DNA from: Pyrinomonadaceae bacterium
Lineage (GTDB): Bacteria > Acidobacteriota > Blastocatellia > Pyrinomonadales > Pyrinomonadaceae
DNA: 24,000 nucleotides
Direction of reading: 5' to 3'
NCBI GenBank assembly: GCA_041746175.1
Contig: JBGTHJ010000042.1
Span: 404 to 24,403, forward strand
Position numbers and translations under genes: made by a program. Of the stretch, positions 1 to 7,311 are shown piece after piece (the first letter of the stretch is position 1; each line of letters begins with the position of its first letter). The notes under the pieces were generated by a model. The model did not search any database and was not told the DNA's origin. It worked only from the letters and a program-made list of their open reading frames with translations.

Positions 1-43
1 GTTGAGACGATGAACCGTCTCGCGGTTGAACCGAACGCCCCGG

Positions 44-1138
44 CTATTTTTCTTTTTTGCGTAGGTGGACTGTGCCGTTGAATGAGGAGAGATTGAGTTC
101 GGCGTCGCCGCCGCCGTAACTGCCGGTTAGACGAGCGCCTGTTTCTCTCAAGTTGTGCGCGTGCTCGGCGGAGTTAACCGGACTGACCGGAGCGACGGGA
201 GCGACGGGAGCAACAGGAGTGACGGAACCGGAGGAGTTGACTGGAGCAACCGGACTGACCGGAGTAACCGGACTGACCGGAGTCACGGGACTCGCAGAGG
301 TCTGTTTGATGGGGAAATCGGTGATGATGTCGCCATTGACAAAGACGCGCGCGTTGATGCGGAACGACGAGTCGGCGGGCAACGTCATGGTCACGTCGCC
401 CGAAGTCGATTTGATATTGTAGCTTCCGGCGCGAGCGAGCGCACCGTTGATCGACACGTCGCCGCTGACCGAACTGGCTTCGACGCGCGCGTGCGTGATT
501 CTGTCGAGATTTACGTCGCCGCTCACGGATTTGGCTTTGAAGCTGTCGCCCGCATCGCTCATTCGCACGTCCGAAACTTCAACGTCGCCGCTGATGCTTC
601 TGAGCGAGACACGTCCGCTCGAATTTTTGAGAAAGACGGTTCCGCTGATGCTCGACACCTCGACGCCTTTGGTGATGTTGCGGGCTTGGATGTCGCCGCT
701 CAGCGTCTCGACGCGGGCTTCGGCGACATCGGCGATTTCGACATCGCCGCTGCGAACTTTCAGCACGACGGTCGCGCCGTGCGGCACGTCGAGTTCGAGC
801 GAGCCCGTGCCCGCGCATTCGCCCGAGGTGAATGCGCCGTCGTCGGAATCCGCGACGATCACATCGACTCGCTTGGCGGGACTCTCCGCGCCGCCTTGCA
901 GTTCGAGTTTCCCGGCATCATCGGTATGGACGCGGACTTCCGGCCTATCCCAGCCGCGCACCTCGACATCGCCCGCTTCGAGACACGCCGAGACCACCAC
1001 GTCGGACGATGCCGCCACCGTGCGAGTTATTTCGCCGCCGGGGTTTTCGTCCTCGTCGCGTGCCGCCGCCGCCACCAACGTCCACGGCGCGCACGCGAGC
1101 AGCAAAACAAGGCTGATGATTAGAGACTTTCGTTGCAT
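44..1138 (-). CDS. Exported DUF4097-type beta-strand repeat protein (putative adhesin-like fold) with a C-terminal Pro-Val repeat linker
   Basis: N-terminal signal peptide [16 protein letters not shown], with a possible lipobox LLAC. At least seven degenerate SGDV-type repeats ([63 protein letters not shown]), as in DUF4097 (LiaG/YvlB-like) proteins. Starts 18 nt downstream of the anti-sigma gene on the same strand. Confidence 0.8.
   Translation of the reverse strand: MQRKSLIISLVLLLACAPWTLVAAAARDEDENPGGEITRTVAASSDVVVSACLEAGDVEVRGWDRPEVRVHTDDAGKLELQGGAESPAKRVDVIVADSDDGAFTSGECAGTGSLELDVPHGATVVLKVRSGDVEIADVAEARVETLSGDIQARNITKGVEVSSISGTVFLKNSSGRVSLRSISGDVEVSDVRMSDAGDSFKAKSVSGDVNLDRITHARVEASSVSGDVSINGALARAGSYNIKSTSGDVTMTLPADSSFRINARVFVNGDIITDFPIKQTSASPVTPVSPVTPVSPVAPVNSSGSVTPVAPVAPVAPVSPVNSAEHAHNLRETGARLTGSYGGGDAELNLSSFNGTVHLRKKEK
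176..283 (-). repeat. Short in-frame direct/tandem repeats inside the DUF4097 gene, encoding a PVxPV-type linker
   Basis: The 17-mer aaccggactgaccggag occurs at 176-192, 248-264 and 266-282; the last two copies are tandem with an 18-bp period. There is also a 9-bp tandem gcgacggga around 192-209. On the minus strand this translates to [17 protein letters not shown]...[16 protein letters not shown]. Confidence 0.75.
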
Positions 1139-1156
1139 AGTAAAAATGTTTCCGCG

Positions 1157-2104
1157 TTAGCGTCCTAAAGTTGCGAGCTGTGTCTGATCCGCGACCGTGT
1201 TGAGCAATTCCACTTTGGTTTGATATGCCGAGAGAAGAAACTCTCTGGCTCCGGTATCCTGCGGATTACGCAGCGCGTTGCGGCGCGTCGTCAGGATGGC
1301 TTGATCGACCACCGCGAGGTTGCGTTCATACTCCGAGCGAACCGAGGGACGCAGCGTTGCGTCGCCACCCGCGTCAATCGCTTTCGTCAAAGATGCGATG
1401 GCTTCGAGATAACTCCCTTCGCCGGGCAACAACTTTGGCGCCGTCGTCGTTGTCGTCGTCAGCGTTTCGCGCCCGCGTGCCGACGGCGTTGTGTTTGTCG
1501 AACGACGAACGCCACGCGGTTTGTTGACACTCGCTTTGACAATCGTCGCGCCGCCTGACGAAACAATCGCGGGCGAAACCGACTGCTCCGGTGCGGCATT
1601 CGCGAACGGCGGGGTGGTTTCTGTCGCGGTCGAGTTCTGATTCTCAAGGGCTGGCGCAACGGCGGCGATTTCGTTGCCGCCGCCCTCTTCTCCGGTCGCC
1701 TCCGGCGTCTGCTTATCCGGGCGCGCCGCCGCGAAGAGGACGGCGAGAGTGATGACGAGCGCAAGGCTCGCAAACGCTGCCGCACGTTGCGGCGTCAAGG
1801 TCAGGAGTGCCGTGAGCGCGCCGCATAAACGGTTGAAGGACGACGGTGCGGGTGTCGCCACAGCTAGTTGGCGTTGGTCAATCGCGGCCTCGATGTGGTC
1901 GCGTAGTCGTTCGGTGGGTACGTTGACGGAAGCTTCGTGCGCGAACGCGGCGGTGAACGACGCCATTTCGTTTTCGGCTTCGCGCGCAGCGTCGGCACAC
2001 GATAGGCACGCGGCGATGTGCGCCGCCGCTTCATCCATCGACGCGGCAGAGAGTTCGCCGTCGATGTAGCCTTGCAACATGCCTTCATCGAGACAATTTC
2101 TCAT
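1157..2104 (-). CDS. Membrane-spanning anti-sigma factor (zf-HC2 / ZAS type)
   Basis: HxxxCxxC motif in HIAACLSC near the N-terminus. One hydrophobic TM segment (AAAFASLALVITLAVLFAAA), then a Pro/Thr-rich linker and a C-terminal extracytoplasmic helical domain. I chose the start MRNCLDEG at 2104 because it makes an ATGA overlap with the sigma factor stop (2101-2104). The ORF-track start at 2245 would overlap the sigma gene by 145 nt. Confidence 0.8.
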   Translation of the reverse strand: MRNCLDEGMLQGYIDGELSAASMDEAAAHIAACLSCADAAREAENEMASFTAAFAHEASVNVPTERLRDHIEAAIDQRQLAVATPAPSSFNRLCGALTALLTLTPQRAAAFASLALVITLAVLFAAARPDKQTPEATGEEGGGNEIAAVAPALENQNSTATETTPPFANAAPEQSVSPAIVSSGGATIVKASVNKPRGVRRSTNTTPSARGRETLTTTTTTAPKLLPGEGSYLEAIASLTKAIDAGGDATLRPSVRSEYERNLAVVDQAILTTRRNALRNPQDTGAREFLLSAYQTKVELLNTVADQTQLATLGR

Positions 2105-2682
2105 CGGCTGCCCCCGATCTTTCCATACATTCTGACAAACTCCTTGCGCCCGCGCGCCACCAAACTCCCGACGCTCGCCTCGTTGAGCGCGAGCGCGCTC
2201 GCGATCTCGCGGTACGAAAGCCCCTGCTGTTTGAGCACCAGACAACTACGCATCGGTTCCTTGATCCTGTCCAAAGCCCGGCGCGCCTCTTCGATTTCGG
2301 CGCGGCGTTCGTAATCGACATCGAGCGGGACGGTTAAACCGTCGTCGCCGACGACGCCCCGCGCAAACTCTTCCTCGCGGACGTTCGCGCGACTGCGACC
2401 GCGCAGCGTGTTCCGCGCGACATTGATCGCGACGCGCAATAGCCACGCCCGCAACAACTCGTCGCCCGGCACGCTCTCGCGGTGACCGTAAAGTTTGAGA
2501 AAGACCTCTTGCGTCACGTCTTCGGCGAGTCCGGTGTCGCGGACGATTGAATAAGCCGTGCGGTACACGGCGCGATGATGCAGCGTAAACGCATCCTCAA
2601 AGCCGAGCGTGGCGGCTTCCCTCTCGACCGTCTTTGTTGCTGAGTCCATCAAGGCTCTTGCTAGTTCGCTCATCTCGCCCAT
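2101..2682 (-). CDS. ECF (sigma-70 family, group 4) RNA polymerase sigma factor
   Basis: Region 2 block HHRAVYRTAYSIVRDTGLAEDVTQEVFLKLY and region 4 helix-turn-helix LVLKQQGLSYREIASALALNEASVGSLVARGRKEF. Size 193 aa. Immediately followed by a ZAS anti-sigma gene. Confidence 0.9.
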   Translation of the reverse strand: MGEMSELARALMDSATKTVEREAATLGFEDAFTLHHRAVYRTAYSIVRDTGLAEDVTQEVFLKLYGHRESVPGDELLRAWLLRVAINVARNTLRGRSRANVREEEFARGVVGDDGLTVPLDVDYERRAEIEEARRALDRIKEPMRSCLVLKQQGLSYREIASALALNEASVGSLVARGRKEFVRMYGKIGGSR

Positions 2683-3035
2683 CTACCGTCTAAACACCGC
2701 AGGCGCGGATTTTGTGGCAAAGACTTCCGCTCCGGCTCTCTTCTCACCGCATAAACACCGCGCCAAACTCTTTTGTGTCAACTAATTTCCCCGCGCCCCG
2801 GCAGCCAACCCGCCACCCCCTTGATATTTCCTCGACCTCTTTGCGCGAAACTTTTTCGCCGCAAATCAACCGACTCTCGCGTTGAGCGGCGCGGCTGCTT
2901 CCGCTCGCCACGCTTCCTATTGTAGTCTGTTTGTGGACGCACGGAAACGCACCCGCGCCCGTGCCAGACCGCGTACTGATGAAGCAGCGGCGCGCCGTCG
3001 CTGCAACTTTGACCTTTGCGAGAAAGCGAGACTGC

Positions 3036-4115
3036 ATGAGTTTGGAAAATCAACCGGCGACGACGGCGACAAGCGAGCGGACGGCGCTCGACGATAGTCC
3101 GTTCATGCGCGCGTGCCGCCGCGAGCCTGTCCCGTACACGCCGGTTTGGTTGATGCGCCAGGCCGGAAGATACATGAGCGAGTACCGCGAGGTGCGCGCC
3201 CGCACCTCTTTTCTGGAACTGTGCAAGACGCCCGAACTGGCTTCGGAGGTGACGGTTTACGCGGCGGAGCGGCTCAACGTTGATGCGGCCATCATCTTCG
3301 CCGACATCCTGCTGATCGTCGAACCGTTGGGCTTGAATCTGGAGTTTGCCAAAGGCGAAGGCCCCGTCATACACAATCCGGTGCGCACACCGCAAGACGT
3401 TGAGCGGCTGCGCGAAGTCGAAGACGTGTCGGCGCTCGATTACGTCTACGAAGCGATTCGCGTGACGCGCCGCGCCCTGCCTGCAAACATGCCGCTGATC
3501 GGTTTCGCGGGCGCGCCCTTTACGCTCGCCTCATACATCATTGAGGGCGGCTCGTCGAAGAACTACGTCCACACGAAGCGTCTGATGTACGGCGACGCGG
3601 GAGCATGGCACGCGATGATGGCGCTGATCGCGCGGGCGCTGGCGCGTTATCTCAACGCGCAAATCGCGGCGGGCGCGCAGGCCGTCCAACTCTTCGACTC
3701 ATGGGTCGGCGCGCTCAGCGTCGAAGACTACCGCGAGTACGTTTTGCCGCACACGCGCGAGGTCATCCGCAACGTCACGCCGGGCACGCCCACGCTGCAT
3801 TTCGGCACGGGCACATCCGCGCTGCTCGAAGCGATGCGCGAGGCGGGCGGCGATGTCATCGGTCTCGACTGGCGCGTTGACCTCGCCGAAGCGTGGCGGC
3901 GCATCGGCCACGACTGCGCCGTGATGGGCAACCTCGACCCGGTCGCGCTTTTTGCGGATGTGTCGTTCGTCCGCGCTCAGGCGCGTCGCATCCTCGACCG
4001 CGCGGCGGGGCGTCCCGGTCATATCTTCAATCTCGGTCACGGCATTCTGCCGGAGACGCCGGTCGAAACGGTCGTCGCGCTCGTCGAAGCCGTCCACGAA
4101 CTGAGCGCGCGATAA
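3036..4115 (+). CDS. hemE: Uroporphyrinogen decarboxylase
   Basis: UroD signature PVWLMRQAGRYMSEYRE near the N-terminus and full-length collinear HemE-like sequence (359 aa from the ATG at 3036). The track start at 2931 adds 35 non-conserved residues (MWTHGN...) and is probably too long. Confidence 0.93.
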   Translation: MSLENQPATTATSERTALDDSPFMRACRREPVPYTPVWLMRQAGRYMSEYREVRARTSFLELCKTPELASEVTVYAAERLNVDAAIIFADILLIVEPLGLNLEFAKGEGPVIHNPVRTPQDVERLREVEDVSALDYVYEAIRVTRRALPANMPLIGFAGAPFTLASYIIEGGSSKNYVHTKRLMYGDAGAWHAMMALIARALARYLNAQIAAGAQAVQLFDSWVGALSVEDYREYVLPHTREVIRNVTPGTPTLHFGTGTSALLEAMREAGGDVIGLDWRVDLAEAWRRIGHDCAVMGNLDPVALFADVSFVRAQARRILDRAAGRPGHIFNLGHGILPETPVETVVALVEAVHELSAR

Positions 4116-4145
4116 TCCATCAATTTGTCACAGGTTCAAAACATC

Positions 4146-4442
4146 ATGGCGAACGATAGAAGAGAAGATGAACGTAAGATTATCTCCCTCGATGCGTGGT
4201 GGGAGGGGATTTCCGGCAAGCAACTGGCGCGCGTATCCGACATCAGCATGGGCGGCTGCTATATCGCCACCGTGTCGCCGGTCAGCGTCGGCGAGTTTAT
4301 CGTCTTCGGCATCAAGCTGCCCGACGGCGAATGGCTCCAACTCGGCGGACAGGTCGTCTCCAGCGACCCGAGCGGCTTCAGCCTCTACTACACGGCTCTG
4401 ACCGATGAGGAGGAAGACAAGATCAGGCAACTGGTTTACTGA
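4146..4442 (+). CDS. Stand-alone PilZ domain protein (predicted c-di-GMP receptor)
   Basis: Both canonical PilZ motifs are present: RRxxxR as RREDER (4158-4175) and DxSxxG as DISMGG (4239-4256). Small size, beta-rich remainder. Start uncertain: ATG at 4146 preferred, TTG at 4125 possible. Confidence 0.8.
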   Translation: MANDRREDERKIISLDAWWEGISGKQLARVSDISMGGCYIATVSPVSVGEFIVFGIKLPDGEWLQLGGQVVSSDPSGFSLYYTALTDEEEDKIRQLVY

Positions 4443-4448
4443 ATCATC

Positions 4449-4497
4449 GACTCGTCGGCTCTTTGATTCAACGTAAAAATCAATCAGCCGACGAGTC
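4449..4497 (+). other. Intercistronic stem-loop between the PilZ gene and hemH
   Basis: gactcgtcggct (4449-4460) pairs perfectly with agccgacgagtc (4486-4497). After a 2x2 internal loop, ttgatt (4463-4468) pairs with aatcaa (4478-4483). The loop is 9 nt. An A-run (not a T-run) follows, so it is not a canonical terminator on either strand. Confidence 0.55.
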
Positions 4498-4526
4498 AGC
4501 AAAAAAAGTCCTTTGGAGTGTTTGAC

Positions 4527-5615
4527 GTGAACCAATCTTACGACGCAATTTTGATCGTCTCTTTCGGCGGGCCGGAAGAGATGGACGACGTGATGCCGTT
4601 TCTCGAAAACGTTCTGCGCGGCAAGAACGTGCCGCGCGAAAGGATGTTGGCGGTCGCACATCATTACGAAATGTTCGGCGGCGTCAGCCCGATTAACGGG
4701 CAGAACCGCGAGTTAATCGCCGCCCTCGAACGCGAACTCGACGCGGCGGGACCGCACCTGCCCGTCTATTGGGGAAACCGCAACTGGCAACCGATGCTCG
4801 CCGACACGCTGCGCCAAATGCGCGACGACGGCATCAAACACGCGCTCGCATTTATGACTTCGGCTTACAGTTCTTACTCCGGCTGCCGACAGTATCGGGA
4901 AGACATCGAACGCGCGCAGGCCGAGATCGGCGACGGCGTGCCGCGCGTCGATAAACTGCGCGTTTTCTACAACCATCCCGGCTTCGTCGAACCCAACGTC
5001 GAACACATCCGCGCCGCGCTCGACCAAATTCCGGAAGCGCGTCGCGCATCGGCGAACATCGCGTTCACCGCGCACAGCATCCCGCAGTCGATGGCCGTCG
5101 GGTGCGCGTATGAAGCCCAACTGCTTGAGACCTGCCGCCTCGTCGCGGGCGCGCTCGACCATGAAAACTGGCGACTCGTCTTCCAGAGTCGCAGCGGCCC
5201 GCCGACGCAGCCCTGGCTCGAACCGGACATCTGCGACCATCTCCGCGCGGTGCACGAAGCCGGAACGACGGATGTGGTCATCGCGCCCGTCGGCTTCATC
5301 TCGGATCACATGGAAGTGCTCTACGACCTCGACACCGAAGCGCGCCAACTGGCCGACGAAATCGGACTCAACATGATTCGCGCGGCGACGGTCGGCACGC
5401 ATCCCACCTTCATCAAGATGATTCGCGAGTTGATCGTCGAGCGCATGGCCGACGCGCCCGTCGGGGAGCGTCGCGCGCTCGGTACGCGGGGCGCGAATCA
5501 CGACGTGTGCCCCGTTGACTGTTGTCTGTATGGTGCGACCCGCCCGACGAACACGGGGGGCACCGGGGGGGCGGCGCGCCCCGTCGCCATTGGCGCGCAG
5601 TCGCCCGCCGGGTGA
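4527..5615 (+). CDS. hemH: Ferrochelatase (proto- or coproporphyrin ferrochelatase) with a Cys-containing C-terminal extension
   Basis: Ferrochelatase N-terminal block ILIVSFGGPEEMDDVMPFLENV, FTAHSIP and ISDHMEVLYDLD motifs. GTG at 4527 lies 8 nt after GGAG (4515-4518). The track start GTG at 4518 overlaps that SD sequence. Confidence 0.9.
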   Translation: MNQSYDAILIVSFGGPEEMDDVMPFLENVLRGKNVPRERMLAVAHHYEMFGGVSPINGQNRELIAALERELDAAGPHLPVYWGNRNWQPMLADTLRQMRDDGIKHALAFMTSAYSSYSGCRQYREDIERAQAEIGDGVPRVDKLRVFYNHPGFVEPNVEHIRAALDQIPEARRASANIAFTAHSIPQSMAVGCAYEAQLLETCRLVAGALDHENWRLVFQSRSGPPTQPWLEPDICDHLRAVHEAGTTDVVIAPVGFISDHMEVLYDLDTEARQLADEIGLNMIRAATVGTHPTFIKMIRELIVERMADAPVGERRALGTRGANHDVCPVDCCLYGATRPTNTGGTGGAARPVAIGAQSPAG

Positions 5616-5624
5616 CCTCAGAGC

Positions 5625-7130
5625 ATGACGCAACCTGATCGACAACACGATGCGCCGCACGCCGGAGACCAACAGCCCGGAGCGCGGCGCATCGTCATTA
5701 TCGGGGGCGGGATTAGCGGTCTGGCGGCGGCGCACCGGCTATTTGAACAAAGCAAACCGGAACGCCCGCTCGAAGTCGTGCTGCTCGAAGCCGGCGAGCG
5801 CGCCGGCGGCACGATACGCACTTCGACGCGCGAAGGCTTTCTGCTCGAAGGCGGTCCCGATTCCTTCATCTCCGAAAAACCGGAAGCCGCGGAACTGGCG
5901 CGCCGCGTCGGTCTCGCCGACAATTTGATCGAGACCAACGATGCGCACCGCCGCAGTTTCGTCGTGCGCGGCGGTCGCTTGCGCCCGACGCCCGAAGGGT
6001 TTCAACTGCTCGCGCCCTCGCGCATCTGGCCGTTTCTGACGACCGACATTTTTAGTTGGACGGGCAAGGCGCGGATGGCGCTCGACCTCGTGCTGCCGCG
6101 ACGCAGGCACGCGAACGACGACGGCGATGACGAGACCCTCGCGCAGTTTGTGCGGCGGCGATTCGGGCAGGAAGCCCTCGAACGAATGGCGCAGCCGATG
6201 GTCGGGGGCATCTACACCGCCGACCCCGAACAACTCTCTTTGCGCGCCACGATGCCGCGTTTTCTCGACATGGAGCGGGCGCACCGCAGTCTTATCTGGG
6301 CGATGTGGAAGAACGCCCGACGGCAGTCGCGCGCCGTCACGCGCGGCACGAGCGGCGCACGCTACAGCATGTTTCTCTCGCTCGACGGCGGACTGCAAAT
6401 GCTCTCCGACCGTCTCGCCGCACGACTCCCGCGCGACACCCTGCGTCTCGATTCGAGAGTCGAACATTTGCGCTTCGACGACTCGTCGCAGCGTTGGAGG
6501 ATAGGCACAAGCCGCGACGAAACCTATCTCGCCGACGCGGTGTGCGTCGCGTTGCCCGCGCACGCATCGGCACGCTTGCTGCGCGATGTTGACGCGCTGC
6601 TCGCCGCCGACCTCGACGCGATACCCTACGCTTCGACCGCGACCGTCAATCTTGCCTTTCGTCGCGCCGACATCCCGCACCCGCTCGACGGCTTCGGCTT
6701 CGTCGTCCCCTTCATCGAACGCCGCACGACGCTCGCCTGCTCGTTCAGCAGCATCAAGTTTGCGGGTCGCGCGCCCGAAGGCCATGCGCTCTTACGCGCT
6801 TTCGTCGGCGGCGCGTTGCAACCCGCCACCTTTGCGCTCGACGAAGAAGCGATGACGCGCGCGGTGCTCGCAGACCTCCACGCGCTGCTCGGCATCGAAC
6901 GCCCGCCACTCTTTGCGCAGGTCGAGAAGTGGCCGCGCTCGATGGCGCAGTACCACGTCGGACACACCGCCAGAGTTGGACGCATCCGCGCCCGCCTCCA
7001 ACACTTCCCCACTCTCCAACTGGCGGGCAACGCTTACGGCGGCGCGGGTCTCCCCGACTGCATCCGCAGCGGACAAGCTGCCGCCGATGCGATTCTGGAA
7101 AATTTTATAGCGAGTTGCAATAGAAGGTAG
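5625..7130 (+). CDS. hemY: FAD-dependent protoporphyrinogen/coproporphyrinogen oxidase (HemY/PPOX family)
   Basis: Dinucleotide-binding motif IVIIGGGISGLAAAHRL. HemY-like C-terminus LQLAGNAYGGAGLPDCIRSGQAAADAIL. Starts 9 nt after the hemH stop. 501 aa. Confidence 0.9.
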   Translation: MTQPDRQHDAPHAGDQQPGARRIVIIGGGISGLAAAHRLFEQSKPERPLEVVLLEAGERAGGTIRTSTREGFLLEGGPDSFISEKPEAAELARRVGLADNLIETNDAHRRSFVVRGGRLRPTPEGFQLLAPSRIWPFLTTDIFSWTGKARMALDLVLPRRRHANDDGDDETLAQFVRRRFGQEALERMAQPMVGGIYTADPEQLSLRATMPRFLDMERAHRSLIWAMWKNARRQSRAVTRGTSGARYSMFLSLDGGLQMLSDRLAARLPRDTLRLDSRVEHLRFDDSSQRWRIGTSRDETYLADAVCVALPAHASARLLRDVDALLAADLDAIPYASTATVNLAFRRADIPHPLDGFGFVVPFIERRTTLACSFSSIKFAGRAPEGHALLRAFVGGALQPATFALDEEAMTRAVLADLHALLGIERPPLFAQVEKWPRSMAQYHVGHTARVGRIRARLQHFPTLQLAGNAYGGAGLPDCIRSGQAAADAILENFIASCNRR

Positions 7131-7142
7131 CGCCTATAGCGG

Positions 7143-7211
7143 TTTGCAATTGGATGAGTGCTTGTAGCGCCAGCGGGACGCTGGCGCTACAAGCACTCAT
7201 CCAATTGCAAA
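7143..7211. repeat. Perfect inverted repeat (33-bp arms, 3-nt loop), function unknown
   Basis: tttgcaattggatgagtgcttgtagcgccagcg (7143-7175), loop gga, then cgctggcgctacaagcactcatccaattgcaaa (7179-7211), which is the exact reverse complement. Lies between convergent hemY and the metalloprotease gene. No T-run flanks it on either strand. Confidence 0.9.
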
Positions 7212-7242
7212 GCACGATGATCGACGCTGAAACGAAGGCCGT

Positions 7243-7285
7243 AGAAAAAGGCGGAGGTAATGGCATTTGCCGATACCTCCGCCTT
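7243..7285 (-). terminator. Rho-independent terminator of the metalloprotease gene
   Basis: On the minus strand, aaggcggaggta / tacctccgcctt form a 12-bp perfect stem (7248-7259 with 7274-7285) with a 14-nt loop, followed by TTTTTCTAC. The hairpin starts 26 nt after the stop at 7312. Confidence 0.75.
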
Positions 7286-7311
7286 ACGCTGGCCTTGCTT
7301 CCGAGCCGGGA

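Noticed and set aside
176-296. The repetitive stretch at the left end, considered as a possible CRISPR or minisatellite locus.
   Set aside because: The repeats are 9-18 bp, contiguous without spacers, in frame, and lie inside a coding region where they encode a PV-rich linker. This is not CRISPR architecture.
155-1160. Plus-strand ORFs of 322 aa and 237 aa opposite the DUF4097 gene.
   Set aside because: They are antisense or shadow frames. The Ser/Thr/Pro or Arg/Asp repeats simply mirror the SGDV repeats of the real gene.
2105-2245. Longer N-terminal extensions offered by the track for the anti-sigma factor (to 2245), hemE (from 2931), DUF1501 (to 13373) and the radical SAM gene (to 21978).
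   Set aside because: The extensions overlap upstream genes or add Arg-rich or non-conserved residues. The internal starts give ATGA coupling (2104), a canonical HemE N-terminus (3036), a proper Tat signal at the N-terminus (13262), or a good RBS (21867).
4713-6785. Minus-strand ORFs of 340 aa (4713-5735) and 348 aa (5739-6785) opposite hemH and hemY. The ORFs at 4128-4664 and 2778-3395 lie likewise opposite the PilZ gene/hemH start and the hemE start.
   Set aside because: All are antisense to genes with textbook signatures. Their products are Arg/Ala/Gly-rich and featureless.
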